Assembly (NCBI GenBank): GCA_964616545.1
Contig: CAZTUA010000027.1
Span: forward strand, 75,370 to 139,369
Direction of reading: 5' to 3'
Length of the DNA stretch: 64,000 nt
From: an uncultured Actinomycetota bacterium
Lineage (GTDB): Bacteria > Actinomycetota > Humimicrobiia > Humimicrobiales > Humimicrobiaceae
Notes under the pieces: generated by a model
What the model saw: the letters and a program-made list of their open reading frames with translations, nothing else
The model's database searches: none
Told to the model about the DNA's origin: nothing
Position numbers and translations under genes: made by a program
Part shown: positions 29,716-38,738 of the stretch, one piece after another
Numbering within the stretch: position 1 is the stretch's first letter
Layout of the letters: each line of letters begins with the position of its first letter

Positions 29716-31392
29716 TTATATTTCTTTTATTAGTTTTTTTAAATTTTTTCCGGTAAAAAATTTCAATGTTTCTTCCAGGGCAATTCCCTTATCCAGTGTT
29801 TCCCTGTATTCCTCTTCGGGTACCGAATCCTCAACGATTCCCCCTCCTACATTATAATAAAATTTATTTTGCTTAATAACAAATGTTCTTATTACAATAT
29901 TTAAATCAGTTGTGGAATCAATACCCACATAACCAATGGAACCCGTGTAGACGCCCCTTGCAGTAGGTTCCAGTCCATCAATAATTTCCATAGCCCTTAT
30001 TTTAGGCGCTCCCGTTATAGAACCTCCCGGAAAAGCTGCTTTTATTATATCAGAAATATCCGTTCCTTTTTTTACCCTGCCCGTAACTGTGGACACGGAA
30101 TGGTAAACCCTCGCGTATTTTTCAATCACAGCATGTTCAGGGACATTAACAGTGCCGTAGTAGCAGAATTTTCCGAGGTCATTTCTCTCAAGGTCGACAA
30201 TCATATTAAGCTCTGCCCTGTCCTTTATACTATTCTTAAGCTCGGTCATATTTTTATAATCTTCTTTATCATCCCTTCCCCTGGGCCTGGTTCCCTTTAT
30301 GGGTCTTGTTTCTATAATATCTCCTTTCAGCAATAGAAACCTCTCAGGCGAAGAGCTCCCCACGCAGAAGTCCGGAAATTTTAAGAAAGCCGAAAAAGGC
30401 GCGGCGTTTTTTCCCCTTAATATGTAATACAGATCCATCGGCTCCACAGGCAGAGCTGCCTCAAATCTCTGGCTGAAGTTTGCCTGGTAGATATCGCCGT
30501 TATGGATATGTTCTTTTGTTTTAATTACCTTTCCGATATAGCTTCTTTTTGTCATATTGGAGCGGAGTTTTATATCAGAAATGTTTCCTTTAAAGTATTT
30601 TTTAATTATCTTTTTTTTGATGCCGCCACCTGTATCATCCGGCTTTTTAACTGCAGATATGGCATCATCCAGGCTCTTACTTACCCTTTTTATCAAATCT
30701 TTATCACTTATATTTTCATCAATATAATCATTATCAAAGCAACCGGTCCCGGTAATATCTTTACTATCATCTTTGCTCTTATCTATGTCCTCATCAATGC
30801 TCTCTTTATTCTTATTATTCCCATATAATTTAAAATTTTTTATATAATACCACCTGCTGTCCTCATGCCCGTAGGCCAGCAGCTTTTCGTAATACAGAAG
30901 ATAAAACAGGGGAAGGCCCATATCATCTACCGCACTGGATGGGAGCTTCTCGATATAGTTTTTTAAATCATATGAAAAATAGCCAATAAAGCCTCCCCTG
31001 AAATCGGGAAGTTTAAAATTAGAAAGATTTTTTTCGCCGGCTTTTACTTCCCTTCTTATTTTGCCGCCGCTTATATATACCGTATTTATATTCCCCATAC
31101 CTGTCCCCGGGAAGCTGTAAATATTATCCTTTATATTTTCTTTTAAAAAAGATAGCGGATGCTGGTATGAGTGGCAGCAAATTCCTTTAGAATTATTTAT
31201 AAGCTCATTTTTATATCCGATGCTCTTTATTATAAAAGCCGGCTCCCAAGCAATATATGAAAATTTTGAATATTTACTGCCGGGCAGGCTGCTGTCCAGA
31301 AAACTTAAGTAAGTGGAATCTTTTAACATATAGGCAATATCCTGAGGTTCTATTTCCAGCTGAGTATCTGTAATTGTGGAAAGAATTTTCAT
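29716..31392 (-). CDS. pabB: aminodeoxychorismate synthase component I (chorismate-binding) with about 90-aa acidic insertion
   Basis: C-terminal chorismate-binding domain (PFSAF..., GGSITGAPK, VGGGIV). Overlaps pabA by 4 bp. Confidence 0.75.
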   Translation of the reverse strand: MKILSTITDTQLEIEPQDIAYMLKDSTYLSFLDSSLPGSKYSKFSYIAWEPAFIIKSIGYKNELINNSKGICCHSYQHPLSFLKENIKDNIYSFPGTGMGNINTVYISGGKIRREVKAGEKNLSNFKLPDFRGGFIGYFSYDLKNYIEKLPSSAVDDMGLPLFYLLYYEKLLAYGHEDSRWYYIKNFKLYGNNKNKESIDEDIDKSKDDSKDITGTGCFDNDYIDENISDKDLIKRVSKSLDDAISAVKKPDDTGGGIKKKIIKKYFKGNISDIKLRSNMTKRSYIGKVIKTKEHIHNGDIYQANFSQRFEAALPVEPMDLYYILRGKNAAPFSAFLKFPDFCVGSSSPERFLLLKGDIIETRPIKGTRPRGRDDKEDYKNMTELKNSIKDRAELNMIVDLERNDLGKFCYYGTVNVPEHAVIEKYARVYHSVSTVTGRVKKGTDISDIIKAAFPGGSITGAPKIRAMEIIDGLEPTARGVYTGSIGYVGIDSTTDLNIVIRTFVIKQNKFYYNVGGGIVEDSVPEEEYRETLDKGIALEETLKFFTGKNLKKLIKEI

Positions 31393-31982
31393 AAATTTAT
31401 GAAATTTTTAAGTATTTGCAGTCCCGCCGGAGTCAGGAATGATTCGGGGTGAAACTGTATTCCCTCCAGTTTGTTTTCTTTGTGTCTTATCCCCATTACA
31501 ATGCCGTCTTCTGTGCGGGCAGTTACATCAAATGAAGAAGGGATTGTGTCTTTTTTTAAAATAAGGGAATGGTATCTTGCTGCTTCAAAAGGATTTTCTA
31601 CGCCTTCATAAATGCTCTTTCCATCATGATAAATCCGGGATGTTTTCCCGTGAATTACCAGCCCTGAATTTATTACTTCCGCCCCAAATACTTCTCCGAT
31701 GCACTGGTGACCCAGGCATACTCCCAGTATGGGTACCTCTTTATAAAAATGTTTTATTATCTCCTTAGATATACCGGCATCTTCCGGTCTTCCGGGACCT
31801 GGAGAGATTACTATTTTTGAGGGGGACATTTTTTTAATTTCACCCACAGTTATTTTATCGTTTCTTCTAACCTTTATATCCTCGCCTAAAATTCCCAGAT
31901 ACTGCACCAGATTGAAAGTAAATGAATCATAATTATCTATCATAAGTATATCTACTTTTTTCGTTTTTACGGCTTTTCCCAT
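31389..31982 (-). CDS. pabA: aminodeoxychorismate/anthranilate synthase component II (class I glutamine amidotransferase)
   Basis: GVCLGHQ catalytic Cys motif and GIQFHPES His motif. Confidence 0.8.
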   Translation of the reverse strand: MGKAVKTKKVDILMIDNYDSFTFNLVQYLGILGEDIKVRRNDKITVGEIKKMSPSKIVISPGPGRPEDAGISKEIIKHFYKEVPILGVCLGHQCIGEVFGAEVINSGLVIHGKTSRIYHDGKSIYEGVENPFEAARYHSLILKKDTIPSSFDVTARTEDGIVMGIRHKENKLEGIQFHPESFLTPAGLQILKNFINL

Positions 31983-32072
31983 TTTTTAGTTCCGCCTTTT
32001 CTTCTCCATCCTGTTTTTATGAAGATTAAATTATATGTTTATATATTTACAAAACTAAATTTATCTAAAAAA

Positions 32073-32312
32073 TTAGCTCCTGTTCTCTGTAACTGAAATT
32101 ATATTAGAAGCAGGGCAAAATCTCAAAAGGAATGTTATATTATTTTCTGCAATAGCCATTATCTTTTCAGCCACTGCATTTCTTCCTGGATTATACATAC
32201 TTTCCAGAACATAAATAATTTCAGCAATTACCAGGTCACATATAAATAGTTCATGCTTTCCTTTAGATACCTGACTGAGGAACTTTTTTGATTCCTGTGC
32301 CTGTCCGGCTGG
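32073..32312 (-). pseudogene. start-less remnant of a PIN-domain gene, paralogous to the PIN toxin at 62027..62446
   Basis: A 79-codon open frame bounded upstream by TAG with no start codon. It translates to ...ELFICDLVIAEIIYVLESMY...PASNIISVTEN, which parallels SAEVMQEILYRYLS...PVNFNIISEARN in the 62027 protein. Confidence 0.3.
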
Positions 32313-32377
32313 CTAGCTGGTAAAAAATCTTCCAGCCCTGCTGACTGTGCCGGCGCCATTTAAATAAACCACTGCTT

Positions 32378-32590
32378 TTATTCTTCATTATCTGAATATT
32401 CAAGAATATCCCCTGGCTGACATTCCAGATGCTTGCATATGGCATTTAATGTCGAAAAACGGATTGCCCTTACTTTACTGGTCTTGAGGTTTGATAAATT
32501 TACTATTGATATGCCGACTTTTTCAGCCAGTTCGCCTAATTGCATTTTTCTATCTGCAAGAACTCTATCGAGTCTGATTATTATTGCCAT
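32378..32590 (-). CDS. XRE-family HTH transcriptional regulator (YozG-like)
   Basis: HTH LGELAEKVGISIVNLSNL. Start trimmed to MAIIIRLD; the longer tool ORF lacks an RBS. Confidence 0.7.
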   Translation of the reverse strand: MAIIIRLDRVLADRKMQLGELAEKVGISIVNLSNLKTSKVRAIRFSTLNAICKHLECQPGDILEYSDNEE

Positions 32591-32603
32591 AATAAATCCC
32601 CCT

Positions 32604-33218
32604 TTAAAGTGTGGCATCATATTCATCCTGCAGATAGCTCCCGTACCTGAATACTCCTGCAAGTATTAGAACAAGAAACCCGGTCAGCAGCATAGCTCCG
32701 TCAACTGTAAAGACTACATCAACATTTTTTATCTCCAGTGTATCAATTATTGCCATTGCTGTTATCCCTTCTGCTATTTTTAAAATAACTGAACCGGCCA
32801 TAAGGATAATTCCGATTATTAGAAGCCTTCTTGAGTTATTTTTTTCAAAAGGATGATCGTCTGCAACAGTTTTTAGAATCGATCTTAAGTTATGCACAAT
32901 TAAAAGAAACATTAAAGATATAACCGTTACCGTAGGAAGTATGGCCTGTAAAAAGGGCTTGAAATTAATACTACTGTATAGGTTCGGATCAATATTGTAT
33001 TTCATTACTCCACCTATCATAGAAATAGACCAGCCCTTCTGTATCCCGGACACTATAAATATTTCTTCAGGAACAAATAATATTACTATAAAAATTAAAA
33101 AACTAACTGTCCCTAAAACTATTGCAGCCCAGAAAAACACATCAAAAATTATTTTGATTATCCCGGAAAGCCTTTTCAGCTTTGTTTTTTTAATATTCAT
33201 AGATAGACCACCTTTCAT
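32604..33218 (-). CDS. DUF2975 family membrane protein
   Basis: Four TM helices, and the classic DUF2975 + YozG-type HTH gene pair. Confidence 0.55.
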   Translation of the reverse strand: MKGGLSMNIKKTKLKRLSGIIKIIFDVFFWAAIVLGTVSFLIFIVILFVPEEIFIVSGIQKGWSISMIGGVMKYNIDPNLYSSINFKPFLQAILPTVTVISLMFLLIVHNLRSILKTVADDHPFEKNNSRRLLIIGIILMAGSVILKIAEGITAMAIIDTLEIKNVDVVFTVDGAMLLTGFLVLILAGVFRYGSYLQDEYDATL

Positions 33219-33465
33219 TAAAACTTATTAAAATATACGTTTATTGTAATATATAATTTAATTTTTGTAAATAATTTTTTATTGACAAACATTAAATTTT
33301 TATTATTTATGATTATATCCGGTATTCCCTGCCAGCTTTTTATCTATAAGGAGTAAATTAGTACAGTTGACCAATAGTAAGATTTAAAGAAAATATTGAC
33401 TCATAAGGTTTCAGAGTAGATAATTGATTGAAACTTATGGAAAGTTAAAGGCAGAGCTTTTCCTT

Positions 33466-34389
33466 ATGATAAAGGTAGAAAATTTAACAAAAAATTTCGG
33501 TGATATTACCGCAGTTGAAAATATATCATTTGATATAGGCGAGAGCGAGATCTTCGGGTTCCTGGGACCAAACGGTGCCGGAAAAACCACCACTATAAGG
33601 ATGCTTGCCACACTTATTTCCCCGACTTCGGGAGATATAAGCGTAGACGGCAGAGACACTAAGAGTAACGGCGAACATATACGGTCAATAATCGGAATCC
33701 TTACCGAATCCCCTGGATTGTATGAAAAAATTTCTGCCTATGAAAATCTTGATTATTATTCCAGCTTTTACGGTATTCCGGCTGCCAGAAGAAGAGAAAA
33801 TATTGATAAGTATCTTAAGATGTTTGGCCTCTGGGACAGAAAAGACGACCCGGCCGGCACTTATTCAAAAGGCATGAAGCAGAAACTTGCCCTCTCCCGC
33901 GCTCTCATACACGAACCAAAAATACTTTTCTTAGATGAGCCCACCGCTGGCCTTGACCCGGAAAGTGCCCACATGGTAAGAAATTTCATTGAAAGCTTAA
34001 AAGAAGAAAAAACAACAGTTTTTTTATGCACTCATAACCTGGGGGAAGCATCAAATCTTTCCGACAGGGTCTGTATAATAAGGAGGAAAATTATAAGGAT
34101 TGCAACTCTCTCTGAACTACAGAACAGCGATAAAAATAAAAGAGTTGAAATAGTATTTAAGGATGATGCGGCAAAATATATTAATCTTATAAAAGAAATT
34201 AATGAAATAAAAGACATCACCGCTGATAATAACAGGATGGTTGCATTGATAGAGAAACCTGAAATCTCCAATCCCCTGATTATAAAGAAACTGGTAGATA
34301 ACGGGGCTGAAATTATATATTTTAACGAAATAAAAGCAACCCTTGAGGAAATTTATCTGGATTTGATAAAGGGTGAAGAGGCAAAATGA
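33466..34389 (+). CDS. ABC transporter ATP-binding protein
   Basis: Walker A GPNGAGKTT, signature SKGMKQKL, Walker B LFLDEPT. TTGACA -35 promoter at about 33285. Confidence 0.85.
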   Translation: MIKVENLTKNFGDITAVENISFDIGESEIFGFLGPNGAGKTTTIRMLATLISPTSGDISVDGRDTKSNGEHIRSIIGILTESPGLYEKISAYENLDYYSSFYGIPAARRRENIDKYLKMFGLWDRKDDPAGTYSKGMKQKLALSRALIHEPKILFLDEPTAGLDPESAHMVRNFIESLKEEKTTVFLCTHNLGEASNLSDRVCIIRRKIIRIATLSELQNSDKNKRVEIVFKDDAAKYINLIKEINEIKDITADNNRMVALIEKPEISNPLIIKKLVDNGAEIIYFNEIKATLEEIYLDLIKGEEAK

Positions 34390-35177
34390 AAAAAGCGCTC
34401 ATTATTTTTAAAAAAGAAATAAAAGAAATTATAAAGAATAAAAGTATATGGATACCTGTTCTTATAATGACTGTCATATTTTCAATTGTAATGCCGCTGG
34501 CATTTATTATTGGAAGTGAATCTATACTTGAAGACGAGGATACTGTAAATTTTATAAATAAAGCATTCGGTACAGTTGAGGACCCGTTAAGGATGCTTAT
34601 TGGATTTATTCTGAAACAATTGCTTGTCTTACTGCTTATGATACCTGCAATGGTTTCCAGCCTTATCGCAACATCTTCTATTATTATGGAAAAAGAAAAC
34701 AATACCCTGGAGCCGCTTCTTGCCACTCCGATAAAAACATCCGAGCTGCTGTTTGGAAAATCCCTTACGGCGCTTGTGCCGGCATTTATTGTTTCCACTA
34801 CCAGTTTTATTATATTAACTTTAGTTGTAGATATTACGGCCTTTGTTAAACTCGGTTATGCTCCCCTTCCCACTGTGGAATGGGTCATAGTGGCATTTAT
34901 TTTAAGCCCCATACTCTCATTTATAATTACTATGGCCAGTGTAATTGTTTCTTCAAAGTCCACAGATATAAAATCTGCCCAGGGAATAGGTGCAATGGTA
35001 ATACTTCCCATCTACCTTGTTATAGGATTGCAGCTTGGAGGAATTTTTCTGCTCAATATTACTTACCTGCTTACAGGATGTCTTGTGCTTCTGGCGGTCT
35101 GCCCGCTGGTCCTTCGGCTGGCAGTTAAGATTTTTGACAGGGAAAACATACTCACGCGTTGGAAGATGAAGGCTTAG
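34386..35177 (+). CDS. ABC-2 family transporter permease
   Basis: Six TM helices; 4-bp overlap with the ATPase gene. Confidence 0.65.
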   Translation: MKKALIIFKKEIKEIIKNKSIWIPVLIMTVIFSIVMPLAFIIGSESILEDEDTVNFINKAFGTVEDPLRMLIGFILKQLLVLLLMIPAMVSSLIATSSIIMEKENNTLEPLLATPIKTSELLFGKSLTALVPAFIVSTTSFIILTLVVDITAFVKLGYAPLPTVEWVIVAFILSPILSFIITMASVIVSSKSTDIKSAQGIGAMVILPIYLVIGLQLGGIFLLNITYLLTGCLVLLAVCPLVLRLAVKIFDRENILTRWKMKA

Positions 35178-35269
35178 ATATATATTAATGCCCATCTGCG
35201 CCTTACTGAACCGGAAACCTGCCTTAAAAGCAGAAGTTAAGATTTAACTGCAAAATTATAAAAATTTAA

Positions 35270-36157
35270 TTATAAAAGACCTATTACTTCTCTGCCCGGC
35301 TGTGGTGTCGGTCCTTCCTTTGAGCACACCCATGAGCCGAGCCTGTTGGCAGTATCGCTCATCTCTTTAAGGTTTGCTCCGTTAAGATAGCCGACTGCAA
35401 CCGCTGCAGTAAAGGCATCACCGGCTCCAACTGTATCAGCTACATCAACCCGGTATCCAGGGTGTCTATAATAATTTTTCTTATCAATAAGAAGGCTGCC
35501 CTGACTGCCCTTTGTAATGCAGGCAAGCTTTATATTGTATGCTTCCATAAGCTCTCTGCAAAAGACAATATCGCTTTTGTCATAAGACGCACCTGATATC
35601 TTCCTTATTAAGCCAAGTTCACCTTCACTTAATTTTAATATTGTGGAAAGCTTCAGCGAACGCTCGATTGCTTCAAGTGAATAGAAATTCTGCCTCAGGT
35701 TTATATCAAGTACTTTAACAGTGCTCTTCCCGGATAAATCTAAAAAATCAATAATAGTTTCACGGGACCGTTGGGACCTCTGCGCCAGGGTACCAAAACA
35801 TACTGCATCCACCTGTGCAGCAAGCTCTTTCCATTTTTGGCTTAACTCCAGGAAATCCCATGCGACAGACTCTGTTATAATATAATCGGGCTGACCATCT
35901 GTATCTACCTTTACCTCAACTGTTCCGGTTGGATGTACCGGATCAATCTGTATAAAATCACTGGAAAGATTGAGTTTTTCAAGCGATGCAAGAATTTCTT
36001 TCCCCATGGAGTCGTTACCCACCCTGCTGGCAATAAATCCTTCCTGCCCCAGATTTTTTACAAAATATGCAAAGTTGGCAGGAGCCCCTCCAAGTTTTTT
36101 ACCATCCGGAAAGACATCCCACAGAATTTCTCCAAGACCCGTTATCTTATATGGCAT
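35270..36157 (-). CDS. PfkB-family carbohydrate kinase (fructokinase-like)
   Basis: N-terminal GLGEILWD and C-terminal DTVGAGDAF ATP-binding motif. Confidence 0.75.
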   Translation of the reverse strand: MPYKITGLGEILWDVFPDGKKLGGAPANFAYFVKNLGQEGFIASRVGNDSMGKEILASLEKLNLSSDFIQIDPVHPTGTVEVKVDTDGQPDYIITESVAWDFLELSQKWKELAAQVDAVCFGTLAQRSQRSRETIIDFLDLSGKSTVKVLDINLRQNFYSLEAIERSLKLSTILKLSEGELGLIRKISGASYDKSDIVFCRELMEAYNIKLACITKGSQGSLLIDKKNYYRHPGYRVDVADTVGAGDAFTAAVAVGYLNGANLKEMSDTANRLGSWVCSKEGPTPQPGREVIGLL

Positions 36158-36190
36158 TTTTACCCTCTTTTAAGCCACTGGTTTTATATT

Positions 36191-37663
36191 TCACTTATAG
36201 ACCAGTCTCCCCTCTATATTTCTGGAAATATTCTGGTTATCTCTTAAAAATTCCTCCAGGACCTCCTGTGCTGAAGTGGTTATTATTTTATGCTGGCCAG
36301 ATTCCAGCAACTCTTCGCCGGTAACATTTAAATAGTCGGTAGAATTATTGAAGTGGTATCCCTGCAGGCAGATAGTATAGATTTTTTCATCAGCTACGGG
36401 TTCGCTTTTTATACTCAATGATATAAGCTGTCCTCTGGAATCACTGTAAACTGCCTCTATACCGCTGTTTACCTGATAACACTCCCCCTCGCTGTTTCTA
36501 TTTTCTTTTCTCATAATATGTGAGAATATTTTTTTAATAGTGGAGCCCTTTACAGTGCACCTGTTTAAAAAATCGTCATAAGGGAAACAGGTTCTGAAAT
36601 CTTTTAAAGTCACAAGAGGACCTATTTCTTTTACTCTTATAGAACCGCTTCCAAGAAGCACAATATCTGCCCGGGAGGTTTCCGCGAAAGCATCTGCAAT
36701 TAAATTTCCCAGAGTGGTTTCTACTTCCCGTGCAGGATGGGTCAATTTTTTTGAAAGCTTGCAGATTATTGTATTGTATTTTCTGTCAATTACATCCTTA
36801 AAAGAGTCTATGTAATCCTGAAGGCTTTTATCCGGCTCGGCCAGGCTGCTGTCTATTGGAATAAGTTTCCATTTGTAATCAACTATACTGTTGGTATCAT
36901 CATCCACCACTATATCAAATCTTCCAATCTGGTCAGAGCCCACTCCTGCCTGGGCTATAAGTATGCCGTTGACTTTTGCCGGCTGTTCCAGGATGGTATG
37001 CGAATGGCCGCCGATAATCATATCCACGCCCCACTCCGGTTTCAGCAGGCCTGCCAGTTCTATATCTGATTCAAACCCGATATGGGTAAGCAGAATGGTC
37101 AGGTCAATATCATCATTTTTATAAGCATTTGTTATCCTGCCCACTTCCCTGCTGGCTTCTTCAAGAGAAATAAAGCTGCCGATTAGTCTATCCTGCTTTA
37201 TGGAATCCAGGACCTTTTCCGTAATGATTCCGGTAAAAAGTATATCAAACCCTGCTTTATTAATGATTATATAAGGCAGCATCAGTCTTTTGTTGTATTT
37301 CTTTAGATACAGGTTTGCATTCACCAGCGGGAAATTAGCAATCTTTTCCAGGAACAGTAGATGGGGCAAACCATAGTCAAGCTCATGGTTTCCCAGTGAA
37401 ACCACATCCGGGGCAAGGAAGTTCATAATTTCAATGGTGGAAATCCCTTTATATTCCTGGTCAATAAGTGAGCCCTGCACCATATCTCCAGAGATAATAT
37501 AAAGAACATTTTCTTCTTCTTCCCTGACCCTGTTGATATAGCCCGACAGCAGAGCCAGTCCTCCAATTAAATTCCCCTTTCCCTCTTTTACCTCTGCAAG
37601 AAAATCCCCGTGTATGTCATTGGAATGAAGTATGGTAAATTTTTTTGTTTTCATGGCTCTCAC
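36191..37663 (-). CDS. bifunctional metallophosphatase/5'-nucleotidase
   Basis: HSNDIHGD, GDMVQG, GNHE calcineurin-like motifs plus the 5'-nucleotidase C-terminal domain. No signal peptide. Confidence 0.75.
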   Translation of the reverse strand: MRAMKTKKFTILHSNDIHGDFLAEVKEGKGNLIGGLALLSGYINRVREEEENVLYIISGDMVQGSLIDQEYKGISTIEIMNFLAPDVVSLGNHELDYGLPHLLFLEKIANFPLVNANLYLKKYNKRLMLPYIIINKAGFDILFTGIITEKVLDSIKQDRLIGSFISLEEASREVGRITNAYKNDDIDLTILLTHIGFESDIELAGLLKPEWGVDMIIGGHSHTILEQPAKVNGILIAQAGVGSDQIGRFDIVVDDDTNSIVDYKWKLIPIDSSLAEPDKSLQDYIDSFKDVIDRKYNTIICKLSKKLTHPAREVETTLGNLIADAFAETSRADIVLLGSGSIRVKEIGPLVTLKDFRTCFPYDDFLNRCTVKGSTIKKIFSHIMRKENRNSEGECYQVNSGIEAVYSDSRGQLISLSIKSEPVADEKIYTICLQGYHFNNSTDYLNVTGEELLESGQHKIITTSAQEVLEEFLRDNQNISRNIEGRLVYK

Positions 37664-37737
37664 CCGTTGATAATTAAATTAGTTAGATTATAACCAAAAA
37701 GGGAATTAATGATAGATTAAATTTTATAGATTCTTAT

Positions 37738-38397
37738 TTATTTTCTTAATTTTAAGCTTTTAAAAATTGAATAGGCCGTATATCCGCCAAAGCCACAATT
37801 TATTATGAGCCATGGCAGACAAAAATAAGCCACTCCGAGAAAAGAGCCGGGCTCCACCGGCTTTACCGACACCGGCACTTTATAGAAGAATAAAAGAGGC
37901 AGCAGGGTAAATAAAAAGCTTGCGCAACCCAGAATAAAACCCATTATTACGGAACGTATTTTTAAGCTCAGGCGATGGGGTAAAAATCTGTAAGCAATAT
38001 CTACGGATAAGCCTATGGCAAGCCCTGCAATACACCAGCCTGCAGCTCCCCAGGGACCTACCAGTGTAGATTCCATAATCCACTCATAATAATATTCTAC
38101 AAAAAAACCTATTACTGCATAAGGCAGATAGAGTAAAACTCCTGTCCCGAATCTTTTTATTATAAGAATGGGAAATATTATTATTATGGAAATGAAATAT
38201 CCAATCATATAGATAAAAAACATTCCGGTGCCATAGATTTCACCCATCTTTCCAAAGCCAGCTGTTGCACTTCCGGCAAAGAAATCAAAAAAATAAGTTC
38301 CCAGAGCGTAAACACCCATAAGTAAAAATGAAAAGATTAAGATTGTGTGCCAGCTCTTTAACTTCCAGGAAAATTGTTTTTCATTTTCTCTATTCAT
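37738..38397 (-). CDS. hypothetical polytopic membrane protein
   Basis: Six predicted TM helices; no recognised family. Confidence 0.35.
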   Translation of the reverse strand: MNRENEKQFSWKLKSWHTILIFSFLLMGVYALGTYFFDFFAGSATAGFGKMGEIYGTGMFFIYMIGYFISIIIIFPILIIKRFGTGVLLYLPYAVIGFFVEYYYEWIMESTLVGPWGAAGWCIAGLAIGLSVDIAYRFLPHRLSLKIRSVIMGFILGCASFLFTLLPLLFFYKVPVSVKPVEPGSFLGVAYFCLPWLIINCGFGGYTAYSIFKSLKLRK

Positions 38398-38448
38398 GTT
38401 TTAATCTAATTTAACAATACCATTGCTGCTATCGGATTCGGTTAGAAA

Positions 38449-38634
38449 TTAACCTGCCCGGTCATTCTTATTATAATTCTTATTATCCCTGCAGTCATCT
38501 ATATTTTCCCCGCATCTGCCGGCATAGGGGCATCCCATGCAGGAATTTTTCTTCTTTGATTCTCTTATGAAAAAAAATATCAGATAGGCCAGTGCTGCCG
38601 CCCCGGTAACTGCTATTATAATTATTTCCCACAT
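38449..38634 (-). CDS. FeoB-associated Cys-rich membrane peptide (61 aa)
   Basis: Single TM helix, then CMGCPYAGRCGENIDDC. Lies downstream of feoB. Confidence 0.55.
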   Translation of the reverse strand: MWEIIIIAVTGAAALAYLIFFFIRESKKKNSCMGCPYAGRCGENIDDCRDNKNYNKNDRAG

Positions 38635-38738
38635 ATTCTATCACCAGCTCCTGTTTAATTCTGATCATCTGTACTTAACATTATTTTATTTTTATAATGC
38701 CACGCTATTTTGCTATTAACGGCGCCCGTATATCAATA

